From NCBI GenBank assembly GCA_963718525.1, contig OY970355.1, positions 2,176,001 to 2,240,000 on the forward strand: DNA of 64,000 nucleotides, given 5' to 3'. The number at the start of each line of letters is the position of its first letter. The stretch's first letter is position 1. A model generated the notes under the pieces. The model saw only the letters and a list, made by a program, of their open reading frames with translations. It was not told the DNA's origin and did no database searches. This stretch comes from Candidatus Dormiibacterota bacterium (GTDB lineage: Bacteria; Chloroflexota; Dormibacteria; Aeolococcales; Aeolococcaceae). Positions 52,673-63,834 of this stretch are shown piece after piece. The position numbers and the translations under genes were made by a program.

Positions 52673-54408
52673 GCAGTGCACCTGCGGATCTTCGGATGGG
52701 GAAGGTCCGACGCGTCAACGGCCCAGTGGTCGATGTCGTTGGGCTCCCCGGCGTGGCCATGTTCGACGTCGTCGCCATCGGCGATGCGGGACTCGCCGGA
52801 GAGATCGTCAGCATCGATGGAGACGTTGCGACCGCCCAGGTGTACGAGTATGACGGCGGCGTCTCACCGGGAGACCCCGTCAGGAGCCGCGGCGAAGCAC
52901 TCTCCGTCACCCTCGGACCCGGGTTGCTCGGGCGCGTCTTCGACGGAATCCTCCGGCCGCTCGACGAGAAGGACGTCTGGCTCACGTCCGGGCGGGCCGA
53001 CGACACGTCCGCCGGCATGGCCTGGCACTTCACCCCCGACGCCACCGTGGGCGAGGAGGTAGCACCGGGCGCGCTGCTCGGACGGGTCACGGAAGGTGAG
53101 TTTTTCGAGCACCGCATCCTCGTCCCGCCGGAGGTCGAGGGTGTCCTGTCCTGGCTATCGCCCGAAGGCGACACCAGCGCTGACCAACCCATCGCGCGCG
53201 TCGGTGCAGTCGATGTGTCGCTCTCGCACCGGTGGCCCGTCCGGCGCCCACGCCCCGCAGTCGCGCGCGACGGCGAGCCACGGTTACTCCGGACCGGTCA
53301 GCGCGTCCTCGACCTTCTCTACCCCATCCTCCGCGGCAGCAGCGCATCAGTGCCGGGCGGCTTCGGCACCGGCAAGACACTCTTGCAACAGCAGATCGCC
53401 AAGTGGTGCGATGCCGAAGTGATCGTCTATGTCGGCTGCGGCGAGCGCGGCAACGAGATGATCGACGTCCTCGAGGATCTTGCCCGCCTCAGGGATCCGC
53501 GCACCGGTGGAGCCCTGCGCGAGCGGACGGTCTGTATCGCCAATACGTCGAACATGCCGGTCATGGCGCGCGAAGCCAGTATCTACACGGGCGTCGCGGT
53601 TGCGGAGTACTTCCGCGACATGGGGTACGACGTCGTCGTTATCGCCAACTCGACGTCTCGCTGGGCGGAGGCGCTCCGCGAGTTCGCGTCGCGGACGAAT
53701 CAGCTTCCGGCGGAGGAGGGGTACCCCGCGACGCTCGGATCGGCACTTGCGGCGTTCTACGAGCGCGCGGGGAACTTCACGACTCTCGGCGGCACCCGCG
53801 GTTCGGTGACCATCATCGGGGCAGTCTCACCTCCGGGCGGGGATCTCACTGAGCCGGTGACCGCCCAGACGCGGCGATTTGTCCGGTGCGTCTGGTCGCT
53901 CGACCGTGACCTCGCATACGCGCGTCACTATCCTGCGGTCAGCTGGAACGAGAGCTTTTCACGCGATGCGGAACGCGTCGGTGTGATGCGATCCGAGAGT
54001 GGCGACACGGCGTGGGCGGAGCGCCGTGCTTTGGCCCTAGCGCTGCTCGCCGAATCGGAGCGACTCGAGTCACTTGTGGAACTTGTGGGAGCATCGGCGC
54101 TGCCGAATCGTCAGCGGATCACGCTTCGTTCCGCGAAGCTACTGCGCGAGGCCGTGCTTCAACAGGACGCGACGAGTACCGACGATGCGTACTGCGGCGA
54201 GGCAAAGCAGGAAGCGCTGCTCGAGATGGTTCTCGCCATTAACAGCGCGTTGATCGAACGTCTCGAGGCCGGCGTCGATGCCCAGCGCCTCGAACAAGTC
54301 GACCTTGCCCGGGTCTCGTCCGCACGGGAGAGCGGTGGGCCCGATGACGTGGCCGCGGTCACCGCGGTGCGGGCCTCTGTTCTTGCACTGCTGAAGACGG
54401 TCACATGA
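52669..54408 (+). CDS. ntpA: V/A-ATPase catalytic subunit A (Walker B Asp reads Asn)
   Basis: GGFGTGKT, GCGERGNE, NTSNMPV.ARE, EEGYPA, SPPGGD; IANSTSRWAEA instead of MADSTSRWAEA. Confidence 0.95.
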   Translation: MSSAPADLRMGKVRRVNGPVVDVVGLPGVAMFDVVAIGDAGLAGEIVSIDGDVATAQVYEYDGGVSPGDPVRSRGEALSVTLGPGLLGRVFDGILRPLDEKDVWLTSGRADDTSAGMAWHFTPDATVGEEVAPGALLGRVTEGEFFEHRILVPPEVEGVLSWLSPEGDTSADQPIARVGAVDVSLSHRWPVRRPRPAVARDGEPRLLRTGQRVLDLLYPILRGSSASVPGGFGTGKTLLQQQIAKWCDAEVIVYVGCGERGNEMIDVLEDLARLRDPRTGGALRERTVCIANTSNMPVMAREASIYTGVAVAEYFRDMGYDVVVIANSTSRWAEALREFASRTNQLPAEEGYPATLGSALAAFYERAGNFTTLGGTRGSVTIIGAVSPPGGDLTEPVTAQTRRFVRCVWSLDRDLAYARHYPAVSWNESFSRDAERVGVMRSESGDTAWAERRALALALLAESERLESLVELVGASALPNRQRITLRSAKLLREAVLQQDATSTDDAYCGEAKQEALLEMVLAINSALIERLEAGVDAQRLEQVDLARVSSARESGGPDDVAAVTAVRASVLALLKTVT

Positions 54409-55811
54409 TCGACGCGATTCCGATCGAATACACGGGAGCCCGCAGCGCTGACGGCCCACTGCTGGTGATCGAGCACGTCACCGGAGTGGGCTGGGACGAG
54501 GATGCGGTCATCACCCTTGCGTCGGGCGAACGGCGACATGGAGTCGTGCTGGACGTCAACGACGATCTGGCGGTTGTGCAGGTGTTCGAGGGAACGTCGG
54601 GGATCAGCCTTTCGGGGACTCGAGTGGCCTTCAGCGGCAGCCCGATACGAGTGCCCGTAGGCGCCCAGTGGCTTGGGCGGGTCTGCAACGGTCGAGGGGA
54701 CCCCATCGACGGAGGTCCGCCCGTGCGCGGAGACCGCCTCGTCGCCGTCAACGGCGTGCCGATCAACCCGGCGGCTCGGGAGTTGCCGCGGGATCCCATC
54801 GTCACCGGTATCTCGGCCATCGATGGACTGACCACCCTCGTGCGCGGCCAGAAGTTGCCCATCTTCTCGGTGGGTGGCCTGCCCCACCTCGAGCTTGCCG
54901 CGCAGATTGCCGCGCAAGCGCGGGTGGCGGACGGAGCGTTCCAGATCGTCTTTGCGGCCATGGGCGTCACGCACGCCGATGCTGATGCGACGCGTGACGC
55001 GCTCGAGGAGCGATCCGAGTCGGGCGACCTGGTCCTGTTCCTCAACACGGCATCGGATCCGGTCATCGAACGCGTGCTGACGCCTCGCATCGCGCTCACG
55101 GTTGCCGAGCACCTCGCCTTCGAACGCGGCGGCCACGTCCTCGTCCTCATGTGCGACATGACGAGCTATGCAGAAGCGGTGCGTGAGGTGGCGGCAGCTC
55201 GTGGTGAAGTCCCGGGGCGCCAGGGCTACCCGGGATACCTCTTCAGCGATCTGGCATCCATCTACGAACGCTGCGGCAGGCTGCGCATCAGCTCGGGCTC
55301 CCTGACCCAGATTCCTGTTCTCACCATGCCGGCGGGCGACATCACCCACCCTGTCCCGGATCTAACGGGCTACATCACCGAAGGTCAGATCGTGCTGTCC
55401 CAGGAGATGCAGAGTCGCAACGTCTACCCGCCATTCGACGCGCTCTCCTCACTGTCGCGTCTGATGCGGCATGGGGTGGGGCCAGGACAGACCCGCAAGG
55501 ATCACATGGCGGTCGCGGGGCAGGTGTACGCCGCGCTGGGTCACGCCCGGCAGGTTCGTGAGCTGACGGACCTCGTGGGCGAGACGGGCCTGTCGGAGGG
55601 TGACCGCGCCTATCTCCGTTTTGCGGACGCGCTCGAGGCGGGGTTCATCAATCAAGGGCGCACTGAGCATCGCGCCATAGACGACACCCTCGAGCATGCC
55701 TGGACCGCGCTGACGATGCTGCCGGCGGGTGACCTGTCGCGGCTCGACCCCGTCGAGCGCGCGCGTCACATGGCGTTGAGCGACCGCGGTCGCTCCCGGG
55801 AGTCCACATGA
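54405..55811 (+). CDS. ntpB: V/A-ATPase subunit B
   Basis: TGISAID, RGQKLPIFS, GYPGYL, DITHPVPDLTGYITEGQ. Confidence 0.95.
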   Translation: MIDAIPIEYTGARSADGPLLVIEHVTGVGWDEDAVITLASGERRHGVVLDVNDDLAVVQVFEGTSGISLSGTRVAFSGSPIRVPVGAQWLGRVCNGRGDPIDGGPPVRGDRLVAVNGVPINPAARELPRDPIVTGISAIDGLTTLVRGQKLPIFSVGGLPHLELAAQIAAQARVADGAFQIVFAAMGVTHADADATRDALEERSESGDLVLFLNTASDPVIERVLTPRIALTVAEHLAFERGGHVLVLMCDMTSYAEAVREVAAARGEVPGRQGYPGYLFSDLASIYERCGRLRISSGSLTQIPVLTMPAGDITHPVPDLTGYITEGQIVLSQEMQSRNVYPPFDALSSLSRLMRHGVGPGQTRKDHMAVAGQVYAALGHARQVRELTDLVGETGLSEGDRAYLRFADALEAGFINQGRTEHRAIDDTLEHAWTALTMLPAGDLSRLDPVERARHMALSDRGRSREST

Positions 55812-56305
55812 TCCGCGTCCCGCCCGGGCGATCAGGGCAGGTGTGGCTGCGGCGTCGCCTCGAAACCGCCAAGCGGGGGATCGACATCCTCGGTCGCAAA
55901 CAGAGCCTTCTCGCCGTCGAGCGCGAGGGCCGCGATCTCCACGCAACGTCGGCACGAACCGCGTGGATCGATGCCTGCGCCGAGGCCCAACGGTGGTGTT
56001 CGCGGGCGTTGCGGCTCGGACATGAACACCAGATCGCCGTGGTGGCCGCTCATCTGGATGCGTCCGCGACTATTACTGTCGAGTGGCACAACGTGATGGC
56101 GGTATCCATCCCCGAGAACGCTCATTGTGCGTTTTCGGATCTCACGCTTGCGAGTGCGAGTGGCGGTTCCAGCGCCACCGACCGAGCCGTGGAGGCGCTT
56201 GCGTGTGCCCTTGAGAAAGCTGCTGCTCATGCCGCCATCCAGCGTGCGCTGGCCAATATCGACGCTGAGCTGCTGCAAACGCGCCGGCGTCTCCGGCTCC
56301 GGTGA
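55808..56305 (+). pseudogene. ntpD: V/A-ATPase subunit D, 3'-truncated
   Basis: L.RRL..AKRG.D.L..K, NVMAV.IP, EL..TRRRL then immediate stop; about 40-aa C-terminal helix missing. Confidence 0.8.
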
Positions 56306-58491
56306 CTCTGAGCGTCGGCAACATCGTTCCCGCGGACATACGCCTCCTCGAGGTCGACTCCCTGGAGTGCGACGAAGCCGTGCTCACCGGCGAGTCGCTA
56401 CCCGTGCCCAAGACCGCGGAGCCGCAGCCGGATGCGGCCGGCGTCAACCTCGCTTCCTGCGTGTTCATGGGCACCATCGTCCACGAGGGGGCGGCTCGCG
56501 GCGTGGTGGTCGCAACGGGCCCCGCGACGGCGTTCGGTGGCATCGCATCCGGTCTTGCGGAGCCTGCGACGGCCTCCGCATTCCAGCAGGGTTTGAGCAG
56601 CTTCTCGACACTTCTGGTCCGCGTCGCCGGGGTGCTCACACTGACCATCTTCGTCTTCAACATCGCCTTCCACAAACCGATCCTCGATGCATTGCTTTTC
56701 TCGCTGGCCATCGCGGTGGGCATCACCCCGGAGCTGATGCCCGCAATCGTCACCGTGGGGCTGTCGAGTGGATCACGCGCACTGGCTCGGCGCAAGGTGC
56801 TGGTCAAACGACTGGTCGCGATCGAAGATCTCGGCAATATCCAGATCCTCTTCACCGACAAGACCGGGACGCTTACCGAAGGGGCGATCACGTTCGATCG
56901 TAGCCTCGGGGCAGATGGCCAGCCTTCAGACTCGCCGCTGCGCTTCGGCCTCGTGTGCAACGAGTCCACCCCAGGAACCGGTGGACCGGTTGGGGGCAAT
57001 CCGCTCGATCAGGCACTGTGGCAGAGCCCACGGTGTGCGGCCCTCACCCAGCTTCCCGACGGCCCCTCGGCGTTCGCTCGAATGGGACGCGTCCCATTCG
57101 ACCACGAGCGGCAGATGGCGTCGGTGCTGGTCGACGGACCCACGGGGCGCTTGCTGGTCGCCAAAGGCGCGCCTGAATCGGTGCTCGCACGGTGCGTCGG
57201 GCTACCCGAGGCGGCAGGACCGACCCTGGATCGACTCTTCGCTGAGGGCGCTCGCGTGGTCGCGGTGGCAACCCGAACTGGAACGACCACAAGACCCTGC
57301 GCGGACGACGAGCGGGATCTGACCCTGGTCGGGTATCTCACCTTCGTTGACCGACCTAAGGTGGATGCGGGCGACGCGATCGCCCGGCTGCATGGGCTCG
57401 GCATCGAGGTCAAGATCATCACTGGCGACAACGGCACCGTCGCGGCGACGGTGTGCCGGCACATCGGTGTCGATCCCGGGACGGTCGTGACGGGCACGGA
57501 GATCGATGCCCTGGACGACGATGCGCTTGCCCTGGTAATCACCCGGACACGGGTCTTCGCGCGGGTCAGTCCAGATCAGAAGTCTCGGATCATCAAGGTC
57601 ACGAGGCGAACAGGCGTCGACGTCGCGTTCCTTGGCGATGGTGTTAACGACGCCGTTGCTCTGCACCACGCGGACGTCGGCATCTCAGTGGACTCTGCAA
57701 CTGACGTCGCGAAAGATGCGGCGGACATCGTGCTCCTCGACAAGGATCTTGGCGTGCTGGCCGATGGCGTTGTCGAGGGTCGGCGCGTCTTCGCCAACAC
57801 CATCAAGTACGTCCTGATGGCGACATCTTCGAACTTCGGTAACATGTTCAGTGCCGCGGTCGCCTCGGTATTTCTCTCGTTCCTGCCGATGCTGCCGTCG
57901 CAGATTCTGCTCAACAACCTGCTTTACAATGCGGGCCAGCTCGCAATCCCCACGGACGCGGTGGACTCCGAAACCCTGGCTCGACCCGCCGCGTGGGACA
58001 TCGCCTTTGTTCGGCGGTTCATGATCGTCTTCGGCCCAGTGAGCTCCGTGTTCGACTTTCTCACCTTCTTCGTCATGCTCGACCTGCTCAGCGCGGGCCA
58101 CAGTGAGTTCCGGACGGGTTGGTTCGTGGAGTCGCTCGCAACGCAGACACTGGTGATCTATGTCATTCGCACTCGGCGGGTCCCTTTCCTACGTAGCCGG
58201 CCGAGCCCGGCGATGCTGGTGCTTCCGCCTTTATGCGCATTGGTCGGTGCGATCGTTCCCTTCACACCGGTCGCGCGCATCCTGGGATTCTCACCATTAC
58301 CACCGCTCTTCTTCCTGATCCTGGTCGCGATGATCGCGACATATCTCGGCCTGGTGGAATGCGCCAAAATCGTCTTCTACGCTGCGCACCCCCGGGCGTT
58401 CGCGAAACCTCCGTCCACGCATCCCGATCGACTTACCCGAAGAATCGTCCGCCGGCTCAGCCATTTCACGCGCCATCAGTCAGCGGGATGA
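56302..58491 (+). pseudogene. mgtA: Mg2+-transporting P-type ATPase, 5'-truncated
   Basis: TGES, PEL.P, DKTGTLT, KGAPE, TGDN, GDGVND, SSNFGN, FRTGWFVES; begins mid-actuator domain and lacks TM1-2. Confidence 0.85.
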
Positions 58492-58611
58492 CGTGGCGCG
58501 ATGCCGGGTCCGGCGCAAGAGAAGATCAGTGCGTTTTCAAGGCCGGAGGCGTGGTCACAAGTCGGGACCAACGCCTCTTGACAGGCCTCCGATCTGGCTA
58601 TTAGATGAGCC

Positions 58612-59205
58612 TTGACTGACCAATCACAGATGCCTAAGGCGGAAGTTGTGAGCACGCAGAAGATCGTTGTGGGAGTGAATGGGTCGGCGGCATCGGACGC
58701 CGCACTCGAATGGGCAATCCAGGAGGCAGCATCCCGCGGCGCCGAGATCATCGCGGTGCATGTGCTGAAGCCTATCGCCGCCTCTGGCGGTACGACAGTG
58801 AGAGACGTTCGCCTGCGGGAGTTCGACTACCTGGGCGACGAGGTGCGATCGCATGTCAAGAAGGAGTTGTTTGGGCCCCTGACCAAGCATCGGATCATCG
58901 TTGCCGAAGGGCATCCAGCAACAGGGATATTGCACGTCGCCGACACCGAGGACGCAGATCTCATCGTAGTGGGCAATGGGCAACACAGCACGATGGAGGA
59001 TCTCTTCCTCGGGAGTGTTGCCCACGAGTTGACCCACAAAACACGGCGTCCTTTTGCGTTGATTCCTTCGGCGAGGCGCGTCGGAGCGATCGACGCCATG
59101 GGACGCGATCAACGAACCGCGCCTACACCGAGGCAGACTTGGTCGCATCGGACCGGCGATCAGATCGATGAGGTCGCAGCGGGCGCACTCGAACTGGTTC
59201 GGTAG
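58612..59205 (+). CDS. Universal stress protein
   Basis: IVVGVNGS..ALEWA, LIVVG..LGSVA. Confidence 0.85.
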   Translation: MTDQSQMPKAEVVSTQKIVVGVNGSAASDAALEWAIQEAASRGAEIIAVHVLKPIAASGGTTVRDVRLREFDYLGDEVRSHVKKELFGPLTKHRIIVAEGHPATGILHVADTEDADLIVVGNGQHSTMEDLFLGSVAHELTHKTRRPFALIPSARRVGAIDAMGRDQRTAPTPRQTWSHRTGDQIDEVAAGALELVR

Positions 59206-59676
59206 CTCCTTCGACGGGCTCCTCGGTGCGAACGCTGCTAGCAAGACCACCGTGACCCGCTTATAGTTGAGTTCGTGCGCCCGTCGCAGGTGGTAGTGCT
59301 GGCGAGCACCCACGACTGCATCGGGCTGCGGCGGCCCTTGTGCTTGAAGCGCGCCGCATCCGAGCCGCCTTGAGACCCGGTCAGGCAGTCCCCTCCCAAA
59401 ATCCAGGGACACGCAACAGCGGCAAGGCGGTGCCCACGGTTCGGGCACATCCGCAAACGATCTGTGTGACCAAGGACCCTGGCATCGCTCCGAGTCCAGC
59501 GTCAAGCTGCGCTTTGGGTCTAGCGCGCGTGCGAGGAGACAACCCACATGGTAGTAACTGCAGGAGCCGGTACAACTGTCGCGCCGGCTGGGGATCTTCA
59601 TGCTCTCCTCTGGCGACGGAAGTGCTCACGTCCCTCCGGCTAGCCGTGGATGACTAAAGAGTTGGATGGCTAAAGA

Positions 59677-60585
59677 ATGAGAGCAGCACGGATGCCCGCT
59701 GTCGTTGCCCTGGCCGCATTGGCCCTGATCTGTCTCTATTCGGCCTTTACCGTCGGCAGAGTCCTCTTTTCGAATGCGCCACAAGAGGTCGCGTTTACCC
59801 TGGGCACTGTCGATCGGGATGTGACCTACTGCGGATCACAAACACTGGATCTCTATCTCCCTCGTGAGGCTGCGACGCATCCCCTTCCCATCGCGATGTA
59901 CGTCCACGGCGGAGGTTTGACCTCGGGTGATAAGTCGGACATCAACCCGGTCTTCCTCGACGCCCTTGCCTCGGCCGGCTACGCGGCGGCAAGCATCAAC
60001 TATCGACTTGCGCCGATGTCCAAGTTTCCGGCGCAGATCGAGGATGTCAAGTGCGCAATCCGATTTCTGCGCAGCAATGCACCGAAATATGATCTGAACG
60101 CGAAGGAGATGTTCGCATTCGGCACCAGTGCTGGAGGACAGCTTGTCGCGCTTGCCGCACTCGCTGGCCCACACTCGGCCTTCGATGTCGGCGCTTACCT
60201 AGCGGAGCCGAGCAGTGTTACGGCAGTTGCCGATATGTTCGGGCCCGCGAACCTGGCACAAGGAGGAGGCTATTCAACCGCAGGCGTTCAACAAGCCTTC
60301 AGCCAACAGGGCGACACAGTGCTGGCCAGCCCGACCCACTTCGTTGCAGCACACGCGCCGCCAATCCTGATCGTTCAGGGTGTGGACGACGCGAAGGTCA
60401 TTGAGTTGCAGTCGACTGAACTGTACGACGACCTGAGAGCCGTGGGCGACCAGACGCAGATTGTCCTGGTCCAGAACATGGGGCACATGTTCGTGCAGGT
60501 TGGCTCAAGACCGATTGATCCAAGCCTCGCGCAGATTGCGCAGGACATGGTGAACTTCTTCGGTCGCGACGCCGGGGGTGGGTGA
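59677..60585 (+). CDS. Secreted alpha/beta hydrolase (esterase/lipase, HSL-like)
   Basis: HGGG, NYRLAP, GTSAGG, D..V, GH. Confidence 0.9.
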   Translation: MRAARMPAVVALAALALICLYSAFTVGRVLFSNAPQEVAFTLGTVDRDVTYCGSQTLDLYLPREAATHPLPIAMYVHGGGLTSGDKSDINPVFLDALASAGYAAASINYRLAPMSKFPAQIEDVKCAIRFLRSNAPKYDLNAKEMFAFGTSAGGQLVALAALAGPHSAFDVGAYLAEPSSVTAVADMFGPANLAQGGGYSTAGVQQAFSQQGDTVLASPTHFVAAHAPPILIVQGVDDAKVIELQSTELYDDLRAVGDQTQIVLVQNMGHMFVQVGSRPIDPSLAQIAQDMVNFFGRDAGGG

Positions 60586-61359
60586 ATGAACACACTGTCG
60601 TCAACGGGGTCCGACGCCAACGCCCAGGCCAGGGCCGGGCGTCTGATAGTCGCTGGGTATGCGGCTGCGGCCTTGGGTCTGGTTGCGTTTCTCACGATCA
60701 ACGGAATGTCAGGAGTCTCCGCATTTGTTGAGATCGGCACGACGGCTTTGGTTGTGGTCGGACTCCTGCTTCCGGCTGTAGGAATGCTGCAATTGAGAAG
60801 GACCATAGATGGAAGTCGAAAGGCGGCAAGAGATGGCCTGGCCTTGCAGGCGCTCGGGCTGGTTGGTCTGCTGCTTGGGTTGGTTCCCCTCCAGATCTCG
60901 TCGTCTCTCTCTGCCTTGTACGGAATCAGTGCCGTCGTGATCGTCGCGGCGGCCGCATCGGCGGTGGGTGGCGCATCCCTGACACGCAGCCATCTTCGGG
61001 GCATCAATGCTGCGCTTGGCCGAGGTGCTGACTACCTGATACTCGGCATGGTGCTCATCTTCGCCGGCGTGGCATTGATTCTCGGGTCGAACGTGGCCTC
61101 CTACTTTGTCCTCTCAGGCGTTGGGAACACGGTCTATTGCGATGTGGGTGCGACGATCTCAGCCTGCGGCTCTGTAACCGCAGCGTACGCATGCTTCGTG
61201 ATGCACGCTCGCACGCGGCTCGGCTTGGCATCCCTTGAGTATGTGGACGAACCGCATGACAGCGCTGAAGGCGATACTCGGCGTCAAGGGAAGTGGCGCA
61301 AGGGAACGCGAACTATCGGTGGCGACGTCTTGCCTAGTCCAATGGGCCACCAGAGCTAG
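60586..61359 (+). CDS. Hypothetical membrane protein
   Basis: About six hydrophobic segments; abuts the hydrolase gene. Confidence 0.6.
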   Translation: MNTLSSTGSDANAQARAGRLIVAGYAAAALGLVAFLTINGMSGVSAFVEIGTTALVVVGLLLPAVGMLQLRRTIDGSRKAARDGLALQALGLVGLLLGLVPLQISSSLSALYGISAVVIVAAAASAVGGASLTRSHLRGINAALGRGADYLILGMVLIFAGVALILGSNVASYFVLSGVGNTVYCDVGATISACGSVTAAYACFVMHARTRLGLASLEYVDEPHDSAEGDTRRQGKWRKGTRTIGGDVLPSPMGHQS

Positions 61360-61448
61360 GACTTTCGCCTCTTGCAGCTGGTTCGATGCGGTCCGACACT
61401 GATGTCAGATTCCGATTTCAACCCAAAGGAGGTGCGCTGATAGCACTC

Positions 61449-62072
61449 ATGGGAATGCGTTCAGGGACCGCGGTCAGATCGACTCCCGCCCCCGCCTACG
61501 AATGGACCGCCGTCGCGCTCGCGGGCATCTGGCTGAGTGTGGTCTTGGCAAGCATCTTTGCGCCGCCGATGGTCACCGGTACCCAGCACGACCAAGCTCC
61601 CGTCGCCGCGTTTGCGGACTGGATCTGGGGAGCAATCGCTACGGGGGCGGTGCTTCGAACGTCGATGAAAGGGATCCGCGTGGGAGCGACGTCACGAGCA
61701 GCCTGGGTAACGCTGGGAGTCTCGGTTGCGGTCGTGTGGGTTGGGGTTCTCCTAGTCAGCGTCTTCACCCCGGACTTCGTGACCGGCACCGATCCCACTC
61801 GCCTGCCGTTCGGAGCGATGCTGAGTCCCATCGCCGGGTCGGTGCTCACCGGGATCGTTTGCAGCTTCATCAGGGCGGGCTTTCGACGGCCCAAGGCGGC
61901 TGTGGAAGAGGCGAGAGCGACGGCCCCACCGACCGCCCCAACCGTCTCGCAGAAGGCACTTGCTGCGGACGCGACCGCCATGCTTCGTCAGCTCCTGGAG
62001 CTACGCGACGCTGGCGCGATCACTCAAGAGGAATTCGACACGAAGAAACGCGAGCTTCTGAGCCGGATCTGA
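61449..62072 (+). CDS. Membrane protein with C-terminal SHOCT domain
   Basis: Internal repeat (P.MVTGT / P.FVTGT), L..L.ELRDAGAITQEEFDTKKRELL. Confidence 0.8.
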   Translation: MGMRSGTAVRSTPAPAYEWTAVALAGIWLSVVLASIFAPPMVTGTQHDQAPVAAFADWIWGAIATGAVLRTSMKGIRVGATSRAAWVTLGVSVAVVWVGVLLVSVFTPDFVTGTDPTRLPFGAMLSPIAGSVLTGIVCSFIRAGFRRPKAAVEEARATAPPTAPTVSQKALAADATAMLRQLLELRDAGAITQEEFDTKKRELLSRI

Positions 62073-62073
62073 C

Positions 62074-63279
62074 GTGAAACGCACAACCATCATCGGCACT
62101 GCGATCGCCGCTCTCGGCCTCGCAGCGTGTGGCTCGACAGCCGCTCCTAGGGCTACCCCGACCCCAGCGCCGACAGTCGCTTCAACCCCTGCGCCGACGG
62201 CAACGCCCGTGCCGACTCCATCCCCCACTCCCGTGCCGCCTCCGGCGCTGGTGGTGACCGCAGGGCGGATGTCCGCGACTTCTGTGCAACTCAGCCTAGT
62301 CGGTGAGAACGGCAGTGTCGTCGCCACGGTCGACGACCCCGGAGGCGTCGACGGCCACGCGTACTACGTCGGGTCCGACGATGTCTACTTCCTCGACGGC
62401 ACCACCGTGAAGGCGTTCGGCAGAACCGGCACGGTCTCGGTCGTGGGCGAGGTGCCGCAGGTGAAGACATCCGTCACCGCGACGGATCTCCAGGGGTACA
62501 CCACGTTTGCTGTGTCCCCGGACCAGACAACGCTGGTGTTCGGTATCCCCTTGGCAATGACCTTCGACAACAGCGCGACCACCGATCATTCACAGCTCTG
62601 GACCGAGCCCACGGGGGGCACTGCCGCGGACGCGACCATGGTCTACGACGACGCCAACAACAGCGACAACGGCGGCGAGGTCCTGATGCCCTTCGCTTGG
62701 AGCAACGCCGGAATCTCGGTGTCGGAGATGTGCAAAGGACTCGGCGGAGTGGGACCGTTCCTCCAGTTCACTGGCTGCGCCCAAGCCACGTTTAACCCAA
62801 CCACGCGGACGCTCACGCAGGTCCAAGTCAACAACACTTGGGGAGGGTATCTCTGTCCCGCGACAATCGCACCCGGATCGGTGTGCGTCGAGGACGGGAA
62901 TTCGAGCCTGACGGTGGTGCGCAGCTCGGGCAACGAGACGATTGCCCTGCACCCTGTGAACGCAGCGGCGTACGGTCCCGTGAGCGTGTCGGGCGACGGA
63001 CGCTACCTGGCGTATGGCGCGTATGTGGGGGTCTTCGATTCCGGTTATTACGTAACCACGGTCGTGGATCTGAACACCAAACAGACCGTTTCCACCATAC
63101 GGAATTTCGCGCCGGAGGTATGGCTCCCCGACGATCGTCTGGTCGGGTGGGATAACGACTTCCCGGAACGAGGAGCGACCTGGTTGCTCTCACCTGCCTT
63201 CACAAGCCGCACGAATATCTCACCCGCCCCGGCGGTAGGCGCTCTCGGGGTGCTCCCTGCCCACATCCCGCTGGCGTAG
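62074..63279 (+). CDS. Putative lipoprotein with Pro/Thr linker and propeller-like domain
   Basis: LAAC lipobox, (PT)n tract, SPD and SGDGRYLAY motifs. Confidence 0.75.
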   Translation: MKRTTIIGTAIAALGLAACGSTAAPRATPTPAPTVASTPAPTATPVPTPSPTPVPPPALVVTAGRMSATSVQLSLVGENGSVVATVDDPGGVDGHAYYVGSDDVYFLDGTTVKAFGRTGTVSVVGEVPQVKTSVTATDLQGYTTFAVSPDQTTLVFGIPLAMTFDNSATTDHSQLWTEPTGGTAADATMVYDDANNSDNGGEVLMPFAWSNAGISVSEMCKGLGGVGPFLQFTGCAQATFNPTTRTLTQVQVNNTWGGYLCPATIAPGSVCVEDGNSSLTVVRSSGNETIALHPVNAAAYGPVSVSGDGRYLAYGAYVGVFDSGYYVTTVVDLNTKQTVSTIRNFAPEVWLPDDRLVGWDNDFPERGATWLLSPAFTSRTNISPAPAVGALGVLPAHIPLA

Positions 63280-63747
63280 GTCTTTAGCTCCGGGTGGGCC
63301 GAATGGGAGCTCCTCGAAACGGCCTCAGAGCGCCTGTGGGGAGGGCGGTGAGGTCAAGCCACCTGAAGCCGGACGTGGTCTGAGATCGCCGTGGGTGCGG
63401 CTAATCGCGATCGGGGCGTGTAAGGCGAGCTGGCGCTTCCACTCCATCTAGGCCTACCAAGGGTCAAATCCTTCTTGCTACACCCCCTCTAGGCGCTGCG
63501 GAGGGTCGATTCGAATTCACCGAGCGGCAACGGTCATCCCATGCGCCCGTGGTGGCATCAGGACCGTGCGGGCGTGTTCGAGGTAAGAGCACAATGGGGA
63601 AGAAGCGATCTGGGGTACGCCCAATAGCCCTGCGTGGATGTCGACGCGATTCCAGCGGATTCCATTACCCGACCTATTGTCGTCATTCCAACCATTTACC
63701 AACGAAAGCCCTTATAAGTCGCACTCACTCCGATCGCGAAATAGGTA

Positions 63748-63793
63748 CTGGTCTGGGGGCCAGTGGTCGCAGGTTCGAGTCCTGTCTCCCCGA
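63748..63793 (+). repeat. tRNA-Pro 3'-half copy, att site R8 (46 nt, variant)
   Basis: CTGGTCTGGGGGCCAGTGGTC...CTCCCCGA; arm about 63637-63747; followed by TTCGCAGCCCATTGCACTGC as at R4. Confidence 0.95.
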
Positions 63794-63834
63794 TTCGCAG
63801 CCCATTGCACTGCAGTGAAGATGTTTTCGCTCAG

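Noticed and set aside
62150-62245. Low-complexity repeat tract
   Set aside because: Explained by the Pro/Thr linker of the lipoprotein.
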